A stretch of DNA of 63,862 bases, counting the filler. It is 5 parts of 5 records of this genome, joined end to end, with 100 filler letters (N's around TTAATTAATTAA, not from the genome) between each part and the next. Parts side by side here need not be neighbours in the genome. Positions count along the whole stretch, not along the records: positions 1 to 28,836 come from SRR31156797_4220; 4 more parts are not named here. One strand, 5' to 3'. Positions 16,379 through 27,277 of this stretch are shown one piece after another. Made by a program: the position numbers and the translations under genes. The stretch's first letter is position 1; each line of letters opens with the position of its first letter. The notes below the pieces were generated by a model. It ran no database searches. It saw only the letters and a list, made by a program, of their open reading frames with translations, and was not told where the DNA came from.

Positions 16379-19300
16379 ATGAAAGGTTTACTACTCGCAT
16401 TACTAATCACATTTTCGATAACCACACTCAATTTCGCCCAGGATTACTCAGGAAAAGTTGAAAAAAAAGATGGTAAAGTTTACATTAACGGATTGCCATT
16501 ACTTACCGATGAGGATTTTGAGGCGTTTAAGGATATCCCTCAGCTAAACCTGCCCGAAAGTGCCAAAACACGGAATTTACCTGTACGGGTTGATAATTCG
16601 GAACGGCCATGGTTCAGGCCAATTTTCGACCAGGTGGCGCTGGAATGTGGCCAGGCAAGCGGTGTGGCTTACACTTTTACCTATGAGATCAACCGACTCC
16701 GCGACCTGCCTTCAAATGTCATAGATAATCAATACCCTACCCACTATGTATACAACTGGCCGGGTGGTGGTTCAGGTTATGCCAGCTCCTTTTTCGACAG
16801 TTGGAACATCATAAAATACACAGGAACACCCAATGTTGTTGAATATGGCGGATCCCTGAGCACCGGTGGCAGCACTCGCTGGATCGATGGATACGACTTG
16901 TACTACAGCGCTATGCACAACCGTTTGTGGGATTTTTACTCCATCGACGTTACAAACGAAGAAGGCCTGCTCACACTGAAACACTGGATTGCAAATCACC
17001 TCAACGGAGAAGAATCCGGTGGTGTTGGCAATATTTACACCTCTGCTATTGGCGCAAACTTAACCCTGCCACCAGGAACTCCTGAAGAGGGAAAGCACAT
17101 CGTCCTGGAACTCCCTGCATACTCAAACCACGCACTTTGTATTGCAGGTTATCACGACTCCATAAGATACGACTTAAACAATGACGGACAGTATACCAAC
17201 GACATCGACATCAATAATGATGGAGACATTAACGTGCTTGACTGGGAAATTGGCGGGGTAAAACTGGCCAACAGCTATTATGCCTCTTCTTGGGGTGACG
17301 CGGGATTCGCATATTTACTTTATAGCGGATTGTGCAGGAAAATGCAACCACAGGGCGGTCCATGGAACGGTATGGTACACGTAATAAAGGCCAAAGAAAA
17401 CACCGAGCCCCAGATCACTTTTAAGGTGACCCTCACCCACGATTCACGAAATAAAATCAAGGTGATGGCCGGCGTTGCCACTACACCAGGCGCCACAGAG
17501 CCGGAATACATCATCGATTTTCCAATCCTGTCCTATCAGGGTGGTGACAAATACATGACAGGTGGAGGTCAGGAGGAAGACAAAACCCTTGAATTTGGCC
17601 TTGATGTTACTGCACTGCTCGATCATGTGGATAACGCAGAAAATGCCAGGTATTTCCTGATTGTTGATGAAAACGACCCTTATAACGGAGGAACCGGCCT
17701 TATCGACAGTTTTTCACTGATGGATTATACCTTTGAAACCACTGAGTATCCATGCAGCGAAACCAATGTACCCCTTGTTGAAAATGGCATCACGATGATC
17801 TATGTTGATGCCGGAATTTCATTTGATAAGCCTGAAATTATTAACGAGGAGCTCCCACCGGCCACAGTTTATGAACCCTACAACCAGCAAATGATTGGGG
17901 ATGATGGTACTGAACCTTACCAATGGAAAATCAAAAAACAATACGATGTTCAGCAGGGGTTTTTAACTTTCCCGCTGATCAACGAAGAACAGCTGTATCC
18001 AAATAATCAATCATCGGGATTTGCTGTAAAAGAGCTGGATTTCGAATTCCCATTTTATGGCAAAACCTATAACACAGTTTATATCCACACCGATGGCTAC
18101 CTGATGTTCAACGATGATAATTATCCATGGATTTTTGTAATCGACCAGCAAAATCTCCTGAAAAACATGCGCAACATTTCACCCATGATGAGCAAAACAT
18201 TGCAGGTTCAGGGAGGCGGCAGCATGTGGTACGAAGGAGATGCCAACAAGGCTTCGTTCAGGTGGGATAGCAGGGAATACAGCACTTCTAACGAGCAAAA
18301 CTTTCTGGTAAACCTCTATCCTGACGGAACCATTGAGATGAACTATGGCGAATGCTCAATAGCCAACTACAATCGATGGTTTGCCGGTATTTCTGACGGT
18401 GATGATTTTAACAATCTGATTCTCGACATCTCCAACACACAGGTTGATCCGGGAACATTTATAACCATTGAGCCTGACTACGACCGCACAGAACTCACCA
18501 TAACTGAAAATGGCCTTTTTCACGGCACGCCAACAGTACCATATGAGGGTGTGGATGTTGAATTTTACCTGAAAGATGTCAATGGTATGCAAGCTACCAA
18601 AGCGTTTATCTTTTCAACCGATGGCGCCAACAATGTTGTCATCAGGGAAGTATTTGTAGAAGCAGGTGATAACAGCATCATCGAATATGGCGAAACAGCC
18701 ACTTTGTCGCTGGAGCTGAAAAATATTGGCGACAGTATCGTTGATGCCTCAGAAATGACCATCACAACTTCGGACAATTATACGATACTAATTGACAGCA
18801 CACAGTTAATTGAAGCTTTCGAGCCTGGCGAAACCAAAATTATCGAGGATGCATTTCAGCTTGAGGTTTCAGACGATGTACCGAACGGCCACAACATTGT
18901 TCTGTCAACTGAATTAGATGCTGGTGCAAACGTGTTCAACAGCTTTATCTACCTGGAAGCTTTCACACCCGTGCTCTCAATCGGTAATGTGGAATTTGTT
19001 GATGATAACAATGGTCATCCGGAAGCCGGAGAATCAGGCCAGTTCCTTGTTAATATTAAAAATCTTGGTGGTGGAAAAGCATTCAATGTAATTTCGGAGC
19101 TTACGATCAGCGATCCCTTCCTTAACATTATAAATGGGACATCATCCGTTGAGTATATTAATGCAGGCTCCGCAGAAACCGTGGAATTTGACATTGAGAT
19201 TGATGAAAGCACACCGCTGGGCTATGCTTCAAGTTTTAATATCACAGCCGTAGCAGATAACAACTATTCTGCTTCCGGCACCATCCCGATTTCCGTCGGA

Positions 19301-20746
19301 TTTATTTTTGAGGATTTCGAAACCGGGGATTTCAGCCAGTACGAGTGGGAATTTTCTGGTGATGCCGACTGGGTGATCGACACCTTCGACCCATACGAAG
19401 GCACTTATTGCATGAAATCCGGCGACATTGAGGACGATCAGGAGAGCAGTGTTTCCATTACCATGGATGTTCTACTCGACTCAGAAATAAGTTTTTACAG
19501 GTCTGTCTCCAGTGAAAGCAGTTACGATTACCTTGTATTCTATATCGATGGAACACAAATGGCAAACTGGTCAGGAGAAGAAGGCTGGGGCCTTGCAACC
19601 TTTGACGTTGGAGCAGGGGAACACACCTTTACCTGGGCATTTGAGAAAGACTATTCTGTGTCAAACGGGTTGGATTGCGGATTCGTGGATTACATCGTTT
19701 TCCCGCCAAGCGGTGAACTGAATATGGCAGTTTCTGCCGGGCCTGATATCAGCATTTGTGAGGATGAAACTGTCCTACCCAATGCTTTTGTTGTGAATGC
19801 CGAAAGCATGGAATGGTCCACATTGGGTGATGGAACGTTTGATGATCCATACACTTTGAATGCAGTTTATACCCCCGGCGAACAGGATATCAATACCGGT
19901 ATTGTTGATTTGAGCATTACAGCCTGGGATTACCAGGGTGGCTCACAAACTGATGATCTTACCACATACATCTATCATTTGCCAATTGTTGATGCCGGTG
20001 AAGATGCAGATTTCTGCGAAAACACAAGCTCTATCAGCCTGAGCGGCGTGGCAATCAACGCTGACGATTATTTTTGGTTTACGACCGGTGACGGCACATT
20101 CAGCAATGAAAATGCCCTCGAAACATCCTATTTCCCCGGAGATGATGATATTACCAACGGTGAAGTGGAAATATCCCTGAACGCTAATGCACAAGCCCCT
20201 TGTGAGGGTTTGACAAATGACGATGTACAAATTGGGTTTCTGCCTTTGCCTGAGGTTACTTTTGACGAACTGCCATTGCTGGGATTAAACTCACCACCCT
20301 ATGAGTTAACCGAAGGTGCGCCAACAGGAGGCGAATACACAGGCCCGGGTGTTAGTGACGGATGGCTCTATCCGGATGTTGCAGGCGTTGGCGTACATAC
20401 ACTTACCTATACTTTTGTTGACGGCAATGGCTGTGAAAACTATGCAGAACAGCAAGTCACCATTGATGAATATGTTGGTGTCAGTGAAATTGCAGGTGAA
20501 AATATTCACATTATTCCCAACCCAAGCGAAGGGGTATTTACTGTACACCTCAACTCCAATATTGGGAATACAATTGTTGCGACTGTTTATAACACCTCGG
20601 GAGATGCTGTATTTACTCAGACATTTAATTCGGCGGATTTTAATTTACAACTGGAAATTGATTGCTCCAATCAGCCGGCTGGCATTTATTACCTGCATTT
20701 AAAAGGTTCAGCGAATATTGCAACCCACAAACTGGTGATCAGATAA
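16379..20746 (+). CDS. Large secreted papain-like (C1-type) cysteine peptidase with Ig-like domains and T9SS sorting domain
   Basis: DQVALECGQA (Q..C), SNHALCIAGY (H), KLANSY (N); signal peptide; C-terminal IPNPS...GIYYL...KLVIR. Confidence 0.75.
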   Translation: MKGLLLALLITFSITTLNFAQDYSGKVEKKDGKVYINGLPLLTDEDFEAFKDIPQLNLPESAKTRNLPVRVDNSERPWFRPIFDQVALECGQASGVAYTFTYEINRLRDLPSNVIDNQYPTHYVYNWPGGGSGYASSFFDSWNIIKYTGTPNVVEYGGSLSTGGSTRWIDGYDLYYSAMHNRLWDFYSIDVTNEEGLLTLKHWIANHLNGEESGGVGNIYTSAIGANLTLPPGTPEEGKHIVLELPAYSNHALCIAGYHDSIRYDLNNDGQYTNDIDINNDGDINVLDWEIGGVKLANSYYASSWGDAGFAYLLYSGLCRKMQPQGGPWNGMVHVIKAKENTEPQITFKVTLTHDSRNKIKVMAGVATTPGATEPEYIIDFPILSYQGGDKYMTGGGQEEDKTLEFGLDVTALLDHVDNAENARYFLIVDENDPYNGGTGLIDSFSLMDYTFETTEYPCSETNVPLVENGITMIYVDAGISFDKPEIINEELPPATVYEPYNQQMIGDDGTEPYQWKIKKQYDVQQGFLTFPLINEEQLYPNNQSSGFAVKELDFEFPFYGKTYNTVYIHTDGYLMFNDDNYPWIFVIDQQNLLKNMRNISPMMSKTLQVQGGGSMWYEGDANKASFRWDSREYSTSNEQNFLVNLYPDGTIEMNYGECSIANYNRWFAGISDGDDFNNLILDISNTQVDPGTFITIEPDYDRTELTITENGLFHGTPTVPYEGVDVEFYLKDVNGMQATKAFIFSTDGANNVVIREVFVEAGDNSIIEYGETATLSLELKNIGDSIVDASEMTITTSDNYTILIDSTQLIEAFEPGETKIIEDAFQLEVSDDVPNGHNIVLSTELDAGANVFNSFIYLEAFTPVLSIGNVEFVDDNNGHPEAGESGQFLVNIKNLGGGKAFNVISELTISDPFLNIINGTSSVEYINAGSAETVEFDIEIDESTPLGYASSFNITAVADNNYSASGTIPISVGFIFEDFETGDFSQYEWEFSGDADWVIDTFDPYEGTYCMKSGDIEDDQESSVSITMDVLLDSEISFYRSVSSESSYDYLVFYIDGTQMANWSGEEGWGLATFDVGAGEHTFTWAFEKDYSVSNGLDCGFVDYIVFPPSGELNMAVSAGPDISICEDETVLPNAFVVNAESMEWSTLGDGTFDDPYTLNAVYTPGEQDINTGIVDLSITAWDYQGGSQTDDLTTYIYHLPIVDAGEDADFCENTSSISLSGVAINADDYFWFTTGDGTFSNENALETSYFPGDDDITNGEVEISLNANAQAPCEGLTNDDVQIGFLPLPEVTFDELPLLGLNSPPYELTEGAPTGGEYTGPGVSDGWLYPDVAGVGVHTLTYTFVDGNGCENYAEQQVTIDEYVGVSEIAGENIHIIPNPSEGVFTVHLNSNIGNTIVATVYNTSGDAVFTQTFNSADFNLQLEIDCSNQPAGIYYLHLKGSANIATHKLVIR

Positions 20747-20764
20747 AAAGAGAAGGTAATTAAG

Positions 20765-20808
20765 AAAACGAGGCCTGTTGTTTTTACAAACGCAGGCCTT
20801 TGTTTTTA
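20765..20808 (+). terminator. Intrinsic terminator
   Basis: AGGCCTG...CAGGCCT stem then TTGTTTTT just after the stop codon. Confidence 0.7.
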
Positions 20809-21200
20809 TGAAGAAAGGGAAGGGTCCGCTTGCTGCAAGCTTATTAAGGGGAATATGTAAATCAAGCAGTTAAAAGAATGTGTGTTTACAGCAAACGGCC
20901 CGGGATATATGTAACCTAATTGGCTTTGGTTATTTCATTTTCGTGGCATGCAACCTGACTGTGAAAACTCATTTGATTTCTGAGATAACAGATCAACTTT
21001 GAAATCCATTGGTCCGGGTTTAAATGCAACCCGAAAAAGTCAAAATGTTTTAGATACAAATAAATGCCAATCATTGGATATACAATAAAGTGAGCACCGA
21101 AGGTACTCATTCAGAGGACGTTTTACAACACCAAATAAGTTTATGGGTATGGATCGAAAGAAAGTGGCGGGATAAAATCAGTTTAAGGTTATTGAACGGG

Positions 21201-22997
21201 CTAAATCGTGATGCCCATTTTTTTCATCAGGAAAGTAGCATTGAGATTTTGAGAAATACCATCCTTGAGCAGGTAGTCAAAGATGAGTTCGTCATCTTTT
21301 ATCTCTACCTCAAAGCGTTTATTGGTAATATTCTCAGGGTGGTGATGGATGAGTTCACCAAGGCTAAGGTCATGTGTTGCAATCAATCCGGAAGCATCAA
21401 AACGTATCAACTGTTGCAGCAACGCCCTGGAACCTTCCTGCTTATCTTTTGAGTTGGTTCCCTTTAAAATTTCGTCGAGAATGATAAATAGTTTTGCCCC
21501 GGATTCCAACCTGTCGATAATGGCTTTTAGCCTTTTCAATTCAGCAAAGAAATAGGATTCATTTTCCAGCAGGTTGTCTCTGGTTCGAATGCTGGTAAAA
21601 ATATCAGTAGGCGAGAACCTGAAGCTCACCGAACAAACCGGAGCCCCTGCCATTGCCAGGATAAAGTTTACCGCAACGGTTCGCAAATAAGTACTCTTAC
21701 CTGCCATGTTTGCTCCTGTTACGATGATAAATTTCTTCCAGCTATTCAAGGAAATGGGATTATCCACACGGGTTTCCGATTTCAGCAACGGATGCCCACA
21801 TTGATCAGCTTCAAGAAAAAATGCGCTATCCTGTGGTTCCGGAAGCACAAATTCCGGTCGATTGAACCAAAAACCTGCCAGGCTGTTGAGGGCATCAAAT
21901 TCACCCAGGATCACAAACCATTCTTCCACATCATCCTTGTGAGTTTGGCGCCAGCTTTCGAGCCTCCGGGCCTGCAGTATATCCCAGATCACGAAATAAT
22001 TCAGTATAAACCATGCAAAAATATTGAGCCTGCTGTCGAAAGCCTGGATGATGGATGCCAACTTTCGCAGGGCCTGGCCCGACTGGTGAACGCGTGTTAG
22101 CTCATCTTTTTTATTACGCAGGTAATCAGCATCAAACTTTTCCACCTCAATCATCTGGATTAGCCGTCCGTATTTTTCAAGTAATTCTGCTTTCCGGCTC
22201 AGTATGGCATGTTTCTTCATTACAGACTTTGCACGGCTACCGGCAATTCCCAATGGGATCAGCATATAAAATACAAACAACTGAAGACTGATGTTGCCAT
22301 TGATCAGCATCACCAATACAAAAGTGCTCAGGAAGGGCATAACCCAGATTAGCAATTTATAAATCAAGCCCGAAAATTCAGCCGGAAGCTTAAGCCATGC
22401 CTCAATACCTGCTTTGTCTTCCTCGCTGTCGTGAAGCCACAATCCAATGGACCTGAATTCCTGCCGCCATTTCAGCTTGGATTTTAGCTCGGTGATTGAA
22501 GCATGGCGGTTTTTGATGGTCTCAATTTTTTTATCCGGATTTTTAAACCAGCCTGCCAGGAGGGTTTGTCCCATAAAAGTAGAGGTACGGTTAAGATACT
22601 GAAATATAGAGCCCTTCCCAAAGATATCCAGGTCAGAAACAAAAGGATGATCCGGATCAAGAAATTCATCACCACCCTCAAAAACATCATACTTTCCGGA
22701 TAGTGCATCCAACTCATCGGCATTGATTTTTAATAATCGAGCCAGGTCATCTCGTTTTTTGTGGAGCCTGGAGTGCCAGATAATGATCAAAACAAAAGAA
22801 ACTACAAGTACCACTATAACCATCAATAACAATGAAACAGAATATCCGGTAGAAATGTAAATTCCTAAGATGCCCGCCAGGAAAACGAAAATACGCAACA
22901 CTCCAACCCTGGCGATCAGTTTATTGATCGAAGTATGAGTTATTGCATATTTCTCCTTTAAAGCTGAATAAATTTCCCGGGATGAATGATTGCTCAT
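21201..22997 (-). CDS. Membrane-anchored MutS-related ATPase (domain V only)
   Basis: TGANMAGKST Walker A, SYFFAEL, ILDEILKGTNS, ATHDL; N-terminal TM helices; no mismatch-binding domain seen. Confidence 0.9.
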   Translation of the reverse strand: MSNHSSREIYSALKEKYAITHTSINKLIARVGVLRIFVFLAGILGIYISTGYSVSLLLMVIVVLVVSFVLIIIWHSRLHKKRDDLARLLKINADELDALSGKYDVFEGGDEFLDPDHPFVSDLDIFGKGSIFQYLNRTSTFMGQTLLAGWFKNPDKKIETIKNRHASITELKSKLKWRQEFRSIGLWLHDSEEDKAGIEAWLKLPAEFSGLIYKLLIWVMPFLSTFVLVMLINGNISLQLFVFYMLIPLGIAGSRAKSVMKKHAILSRKAELLEKYGRLIQMIEVEKFDADYLRNKKDELTRVHQSGQALRKLASIIQAFDSRLNIFAWFILNYFVIWDILQARRLESWRQTHKDDVEEWFVILGEFDALNSLAGFWFNRPEFVLPEPQDSAFFLEADQCGHPLLKSETRVDNPISLNSWKKFIIVTGANMAGKSTYLRTVAVNFILAMAGAPVCSVSFRFSPTDIFTSIRTRDNLLENESYFFAELKRLKAIIDRLESGAKLFIILDEILKGTNSKDKQEGSRALLQQLIRFDASGLIATHDLSLGELIHHHPENITNKRFEVEIKDDELIFDYLLKDGISQNLNATFLMKKMGITI

Positions 22998-23947
22998 GGT
23001 TTCGTGTTGATAACAGTTTTTAATGCCTTTGTGATGATTGTAACTTCGAAAGGAGATTCGCCAAGGCTTTCACCGTCAGCCTCCATCATAAACCCTTTTT
23101 TACGGCTGTGAATTCTGATGTTGCTTCCTTTAAAAGTTGCTACTTTGGGGTGCCTTACAAAACTACCTGTGTATAAATTCCGCAGCTGGGCGAACACAGT
23201 TCCCAACCCAATCTTTTTAATGATAGTCATATCCAGTAACCCATCGTCAGGGATGGCATCAGGTAATTGTTTCATCCCTCCGCCATTGTAACGGCAAATC
23301 CCCACACCAATACTAAAAGTGTTAAAGCTGAATTTTTTACCATCAATAAAGAAGTCAGTTACAGCAGGTTTAAATTCAAGCAGGCCTGTAAATAAATTGT
23401 AAAAATATGCCAGCGCATTACCTTTGCCTTCAGCTTTTTGTTTATTCGTTTTTTGGGCAACCAACGCATCAAAGCCCATTCCGGCAATATTTGCAAAATA
23501 TCTTGTGTGCATATCTTCTCCCATAAAATAACTGATCCGGCCCACATCCTGCACAAATGTTTTCCCTTTCGAAATAATGTCGATGGATTTTTTGTAATCA
23601 TTCGGAATGCCAAACATCCTGCCCCAATCGTTACCCGTACCCACAGGTATCAACGCAATCAGCAATTCCTCCACCTCAACATCCTTTTGCAAAAAGAATC
23701 CATTGATCACCTCGTTGAAAGTGCCGTCGCCACCCACGGCAATGAATTTTCTAAAGCCGCTGGAAATGGCATTTTTAGTCAATTCAACTGCATGCATTGC
23801 ACCTTCTGTGGTAGCATGCTCAAAATCAAGTTCAGCCTTTCCCAGGAGGGATTTGATCTTTTTCCAGTCGCGTTTTATTTTGCGGTTTCCTGCATTGGGA
23901 TTTACCACCACAAACCATTTTGAAATCGTATGTTGATTTTTCGTCAT
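22994..23947 (-). CDS. Diacylglycerol kinase family (YegS/DgkB-like) lipid kinase
   Basis: NPNAG, GGDGT, GTGND, ADGE motifs. Confidence 0.9.
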   Translation of the reverse strand: MTKNQHTISKWFVVVNPNAGNRKIKRDWKKIKSLLGKAELDFEHATTEGAMHAVELTKNAISSGFRKFIAVGGDGTFNEVINGFFLQKDVEVEELLIALIPVGTGNDWGRMFGIPNDYKKSIDIISKGKTFVQDVGRISYFMGEDMHTRYFANIAGMGFDALVAQKTNKQKAEGKGNALAYFYNLFTGLLEFKPAVTDFFIDGKKFSFNTFSIGVGICRYNGGGMKQLPDAIPDDGLLDMTIIKKIGLGTVFAQLRNLYTGSFVRHPKVATFKGSNIRIHSRKKGFMMEADGESLGESPFEVTIITKALKTVINTKP

Positions 23948-25536
23948 TCGCGGTAGCTTTTATGTTTGAATAATTTATTTTGTTCGTTTCTGGTAAACAG
24001 GAAAAAGGTCGTGAAAAACGCAAAAAACGTCGCTCCTGCCTGTGTTTCAAGGGTGTCCTCGGTTAACATGGATAGCATCAGAATGGCAAAGAATACCAGG
24101 TAATAATAATCGTTGTACATACCTAAGCGGCGGGCCGGATAGATCATTGCAAACATGAACCACAAAAATCCAAAAACTCCCAGGGATGCAAGTATTGTTA
24201 TATATTGATTGTGTGCCCGCCACCTGAATTGTTGTTCGAGCTGTGAGTCCATCTCATTGTACTCATCCTTAAAGGCCTGATAGATATCGCCGGTGCCGGA
24301 GCCAACCCAGAAATTTTCGTCGATAATTCTGAACGCAGCCCTCCAAAATTCAATCCTTTGTGCCACGGAGTGCCCGCTTAAATATCCTGATTCCCTGTAC
24401 AACATCAATTCCCATACAATCAACCTGATCCTTTTATGGATGCTCGACTCTGCAACCTGATTTACATTGGCAATCCCGATTTCAATATTCCTGATATCCT
24501 CATCCGACAGGGCCATCACACCATCATAATCTTTTCTCAAACCCTTCGAAGTTAAATACCTGATTAATGTGTAGCGCAGATACTGGCCATCGTAGTCAAG
24601 GCCATTATAATCCATTTCACTGCGCTCACTCCAGGCCTCTTCGATTTCACCGTAATGAATATACTGGCCGATCCAATTTCCGTTTTCAGCGCCCTTTAGC
24701 GTGGAGTCGTGGGCATAATAGTTTCCGCTGGATGTTGTAAGATCCATGCCTTCGTAAATAAATGGCCCGTCAGGTTTATAATCATCATATAGCCTGCTTA
24801 GGTAAAAGAATATTAGTATAGGTATGGTGATCAATACAACGAATAAAATATTTTTCAGCCATGTTTTTTCCGAGAGGAAAACGGTTAGCAGGATCAACAT
24901 GGAGGATACCAGCAATACGATGACTACTCCCGTTACTGATTCCATAATTCCCAAAAAAATCAATAACCAGAGCACAGCGAGAAAGATTGCCGTTTTAACG
25001 CTTTTCCTGAAAAACCCGGAGCCAAAAACCAAATACAGCCCTGCGAAAATAGCCACACAAATATTGAGGCTAAAGCGGATGTGCGACATAAAAAGTGATA
25101 TTTTCCGGATCTCATGAATATCTTTTGTTAACAGCTCATGCATGCTGAACATGGATCCTATCACATTGGCTGCGATAAAAACCAGAATTAAATAGTGAAA
25201 CACCCTTCGGCTGATCTTTGGCGAAGTGGCTATAATAACGGGCAATGCCAGCAAAGGAAGTTTTATACGCAGATCTTTGGCGGCATAGTGAAAATCAGTT
25301 GTCCATAAAAGTCCAACAACATGAATCAGATAAATAGAAACCAGTACAATGGCCGCAGGATTTTTAAAAAATACTCGCCACTTTTCCAGGAGACGTTTAT
25401 CAAACAGCCAAATTCCTACCAGATAAAACTGTGAAACACTCATCAGGAATTTCGACAATGGCAATGCAATGAGCATTAGCGCAAGCCCGAAAACGTAAAG
25501 GTTGTACCGGTTTATCCAGGTGGGTATTTTCATCAT
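23944..25536 (-). CDS. O-antigen ligase family membrane protein
   Basis: Many TM helices, large periplasmic loop, GSGTG and AHNQY motifs. Confidence 0.75.
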   Translation of the reverse strand: MMKIPTWINRYNLYVFGLALMLIALPLSKFLMSVSQFYLVGIWLFDKRLLEKWRVFFKNPAAIVLVSIYLIHVVGLLWTTDFHYAAKDLRIKLPLLALPVIIATSPKISRRVFHYLILVFIAANVIGSMFSMHELLTKDIHEIRKISLFMSHIRFSLNICVAIFAGLYLVFGSGFFRKSVKTAIFLAVLWLLIFLGIMESVTGVVIVLLVSSMLILLTVFLSEKTWLKNILFVVLITIPILIFFYLSRLYDDYKPDGPFIYEGMDLTTSSGNYYAHDSTLKGAENGNWIGQYIHYGEIEEAWSERSEMDYNGLDYDGQYLRYTLIRYLTSKGLRKDYDGVMALSDEDIRNIEIGIANVNQVAESSIHKRIRLIVWELMLYRESGYLSGHSVAQRIEFWRAAFRIIDENFWVGSGTGDIYQAFKDEYNEMDSQLEQQFRWRAHNQYITILASLGVFGFLWFMFAMIYPARRLGMYNDYYYLVFFAILMLSMLTEDTLETQAGATFFAFFTTFFLFTRNEQNKLFKHKSYRE

Positions 25537-25661
25537 CAAGTTTAAACGCGTAAAGATAGAATGATTTTACTTTTGCATAAAAAAGTACTTTTGACAACGG
25601 ATTTCATTTCCCCAATTTGATGCAAACGTGAAAAATCTTATCCAAACAACCTGAGCAAGAC

Positions 25662-26378
25662 ATGCTTCGAAAAACCATTCATATCATTTGGAAAAGTATC
25701 AAACTGACGGTTTTCATGTTTGGGATTATTGCTTTAATCATGATCATCCTCAGTTTTACACGACATCCTTACATGCTTATGCATTATATGGGCACGGTTA
25801 ATTCAGAAATTGTGGCTGAACCGGATTACATTGTGGTGATGGGCGCCGAAGGGGTCCCCGGGGCAGGAAGCCTCTTGCGGTGCTACTATGGAGCAACGGC
25901 TGCAAAAGCCTTTCCCAGGACAAAGATCGTAATTGCGATACCGGCACATTCGGATGACTTTCTAAACAGCGATGCCTGGAAAATGGCTGAAATCATTGCC
26001 TTGTATGGGATTAATCCCAACAGGTTTTTATTTGAATTCCACGGAACCAACACCTATACACAGGCCTGCGAAACCAAAAAATTGCTCCCTGATGCACCAA
26101 ATGCAAATGTACTGATCGTTACCGCACCGGATCACATGTACAGGAGCATCCTGACTTTTGAAAAATGTGGCTTTGCCAATGTGGATGGCTGGCCGGCATT
26201 CGGCACAGCAATTGAAAAAGATTTGTTATTAACATCTGAAGAAAACGAACAATTAGTTATTGCTCCTACACGCACCATAAGCCTGCGCTACAAAATGTGG
26301 ACATATCTGAAAATCGAGATCAATCTTATTCGGGAATGCCTGGCCATCGGCTATTATAAATTTAAAGGATACATTTAA
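25662..26378 (+). CDS. YdcF/ElyC/SanA (DUF218) family protein
   Basis: N-terminal TM, IVVMG, GTNTY, IVTAPDHMYRS, RECLAIGYY. Confidence 0.8.
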   Translation: MLRKTIHIIWKSIKLTVFMFGIIALIMIILSFTRHPYMLMHYMGTVNSEIVAEPDYIVVMGAEGVPGAGSLLRCYYGATAAKAFPRTKIVIAIPAHSDDFLNSDAWKMAEIIALYGINPNRFLFEFHGTNTYTQACETKKLLPDAPNANVLIVTAPDHMYRSILTFEKCGFANVDGWPAFGTAIEKDLLLTSEENEQLVIAPTRTISLRYKMWTYLKIEINLIRECLAIGYYKFKGYI

Positions 26379-27277
26379 TGGGGCAGCAGGAAAATCAAAT
26401 AGAATTTCATCGAGTTGAAACCAAACAGGAAGTTAAATTTTCAATCCTTATCCCAACATGGAATAACCTGGACCATTTGAAACTATTGGTTCGCAGCATC
26501 GAAAAAAACAGCCGTTACAATCATCAGATTTGCGTTCATGTAAACGAAGGTTCAGATGGCACTCTCGAATGGGTTAAAAAACACAAGTTTAGCTTTTCTC
26601 ATTCAGCAAGTAATGTGGGTGTATGTTATGCTTTTAACTCCGCTGCAGCACTGGCAAAAAGCGGCTACCTGCTGCTCATCGATGATGACAATTACGTGCT
26701 CCCCGACTGGGATTTTTATTTGCGGGAAGAAGCCAAAAAAATCGGGCATCTGTATTTTGCACTTTCGGGAACCAAAATTGAGCCGCGTAAAACTTTCAAC
26801 CCCTGCGTGATTGCACCCCATGATTTTGGGCAAACCCCTGAAAACTTTGATGAAGAAAAGCTACTAAAAAAACACACTTCAATTCCACACAGGGATTGGA
26901 ACGGAAGCAGCTGGTACCCACTGTTGGTGCACCAGAAAATGTGGGATATGGTTGGCGGGCTTAGTGTGGAATTTACTCCCGGCATGTATTCCGATCCCGA
27001 TTTTATGATGAAACTCTGGCAGGCCGGTGTTAGGATTTTTAAGGGTGTTGAAAAAAGCAGAAGTTATCATTTCATTTCCAAAAGTGTGCAGCGTGTAAAG
27101 AAGAATAATGGAAGAAAACAATTCCTGAAAAAATGGGGTACTAGTAATTCAACTTTCCGGACCGAATATTTGCGAATGGGTGAAGCATGGAATGGCCCGC
27201 TGAAAGAACCTGAACCCTCATTTAGCTTACAATTAAAATTGATGAAAGACAGACTGAAACTACTTTTTTCGGTTTGA
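26378..27277 (+). CDS. Glycosyltransferase family 2
   Basis: SILIPTWN, EGSDGT, IDDD motifs. Confidence 0.85.
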   Translation: MGQQENQIEFHRVETKQEVKFSILIPTWNNLDHLKLLVRSIEKNSRYNHQICVHVNEGSDGTLEWVKKHKFSFSHSASNVGVCYAFNSAAALAKSGYLLLIDDDNYVLPDWDFYLREEAKKIGHLYFALSGTKIEPRKTFNPCVIAPHDFGQTPENFDEEKLLKKHTSIPHRDWNGSSWYPLLVHQKMWDMVGGLSVEFTPGMYSDPDFMMKLWQAGVRIFKGVEKSRSYHFISKSVQRVKKNNGRKQFLKKWGTSNSTFRTEYLRMGEAWNGPLKEPEPSFSLQLKLMKDRLKLLFSV

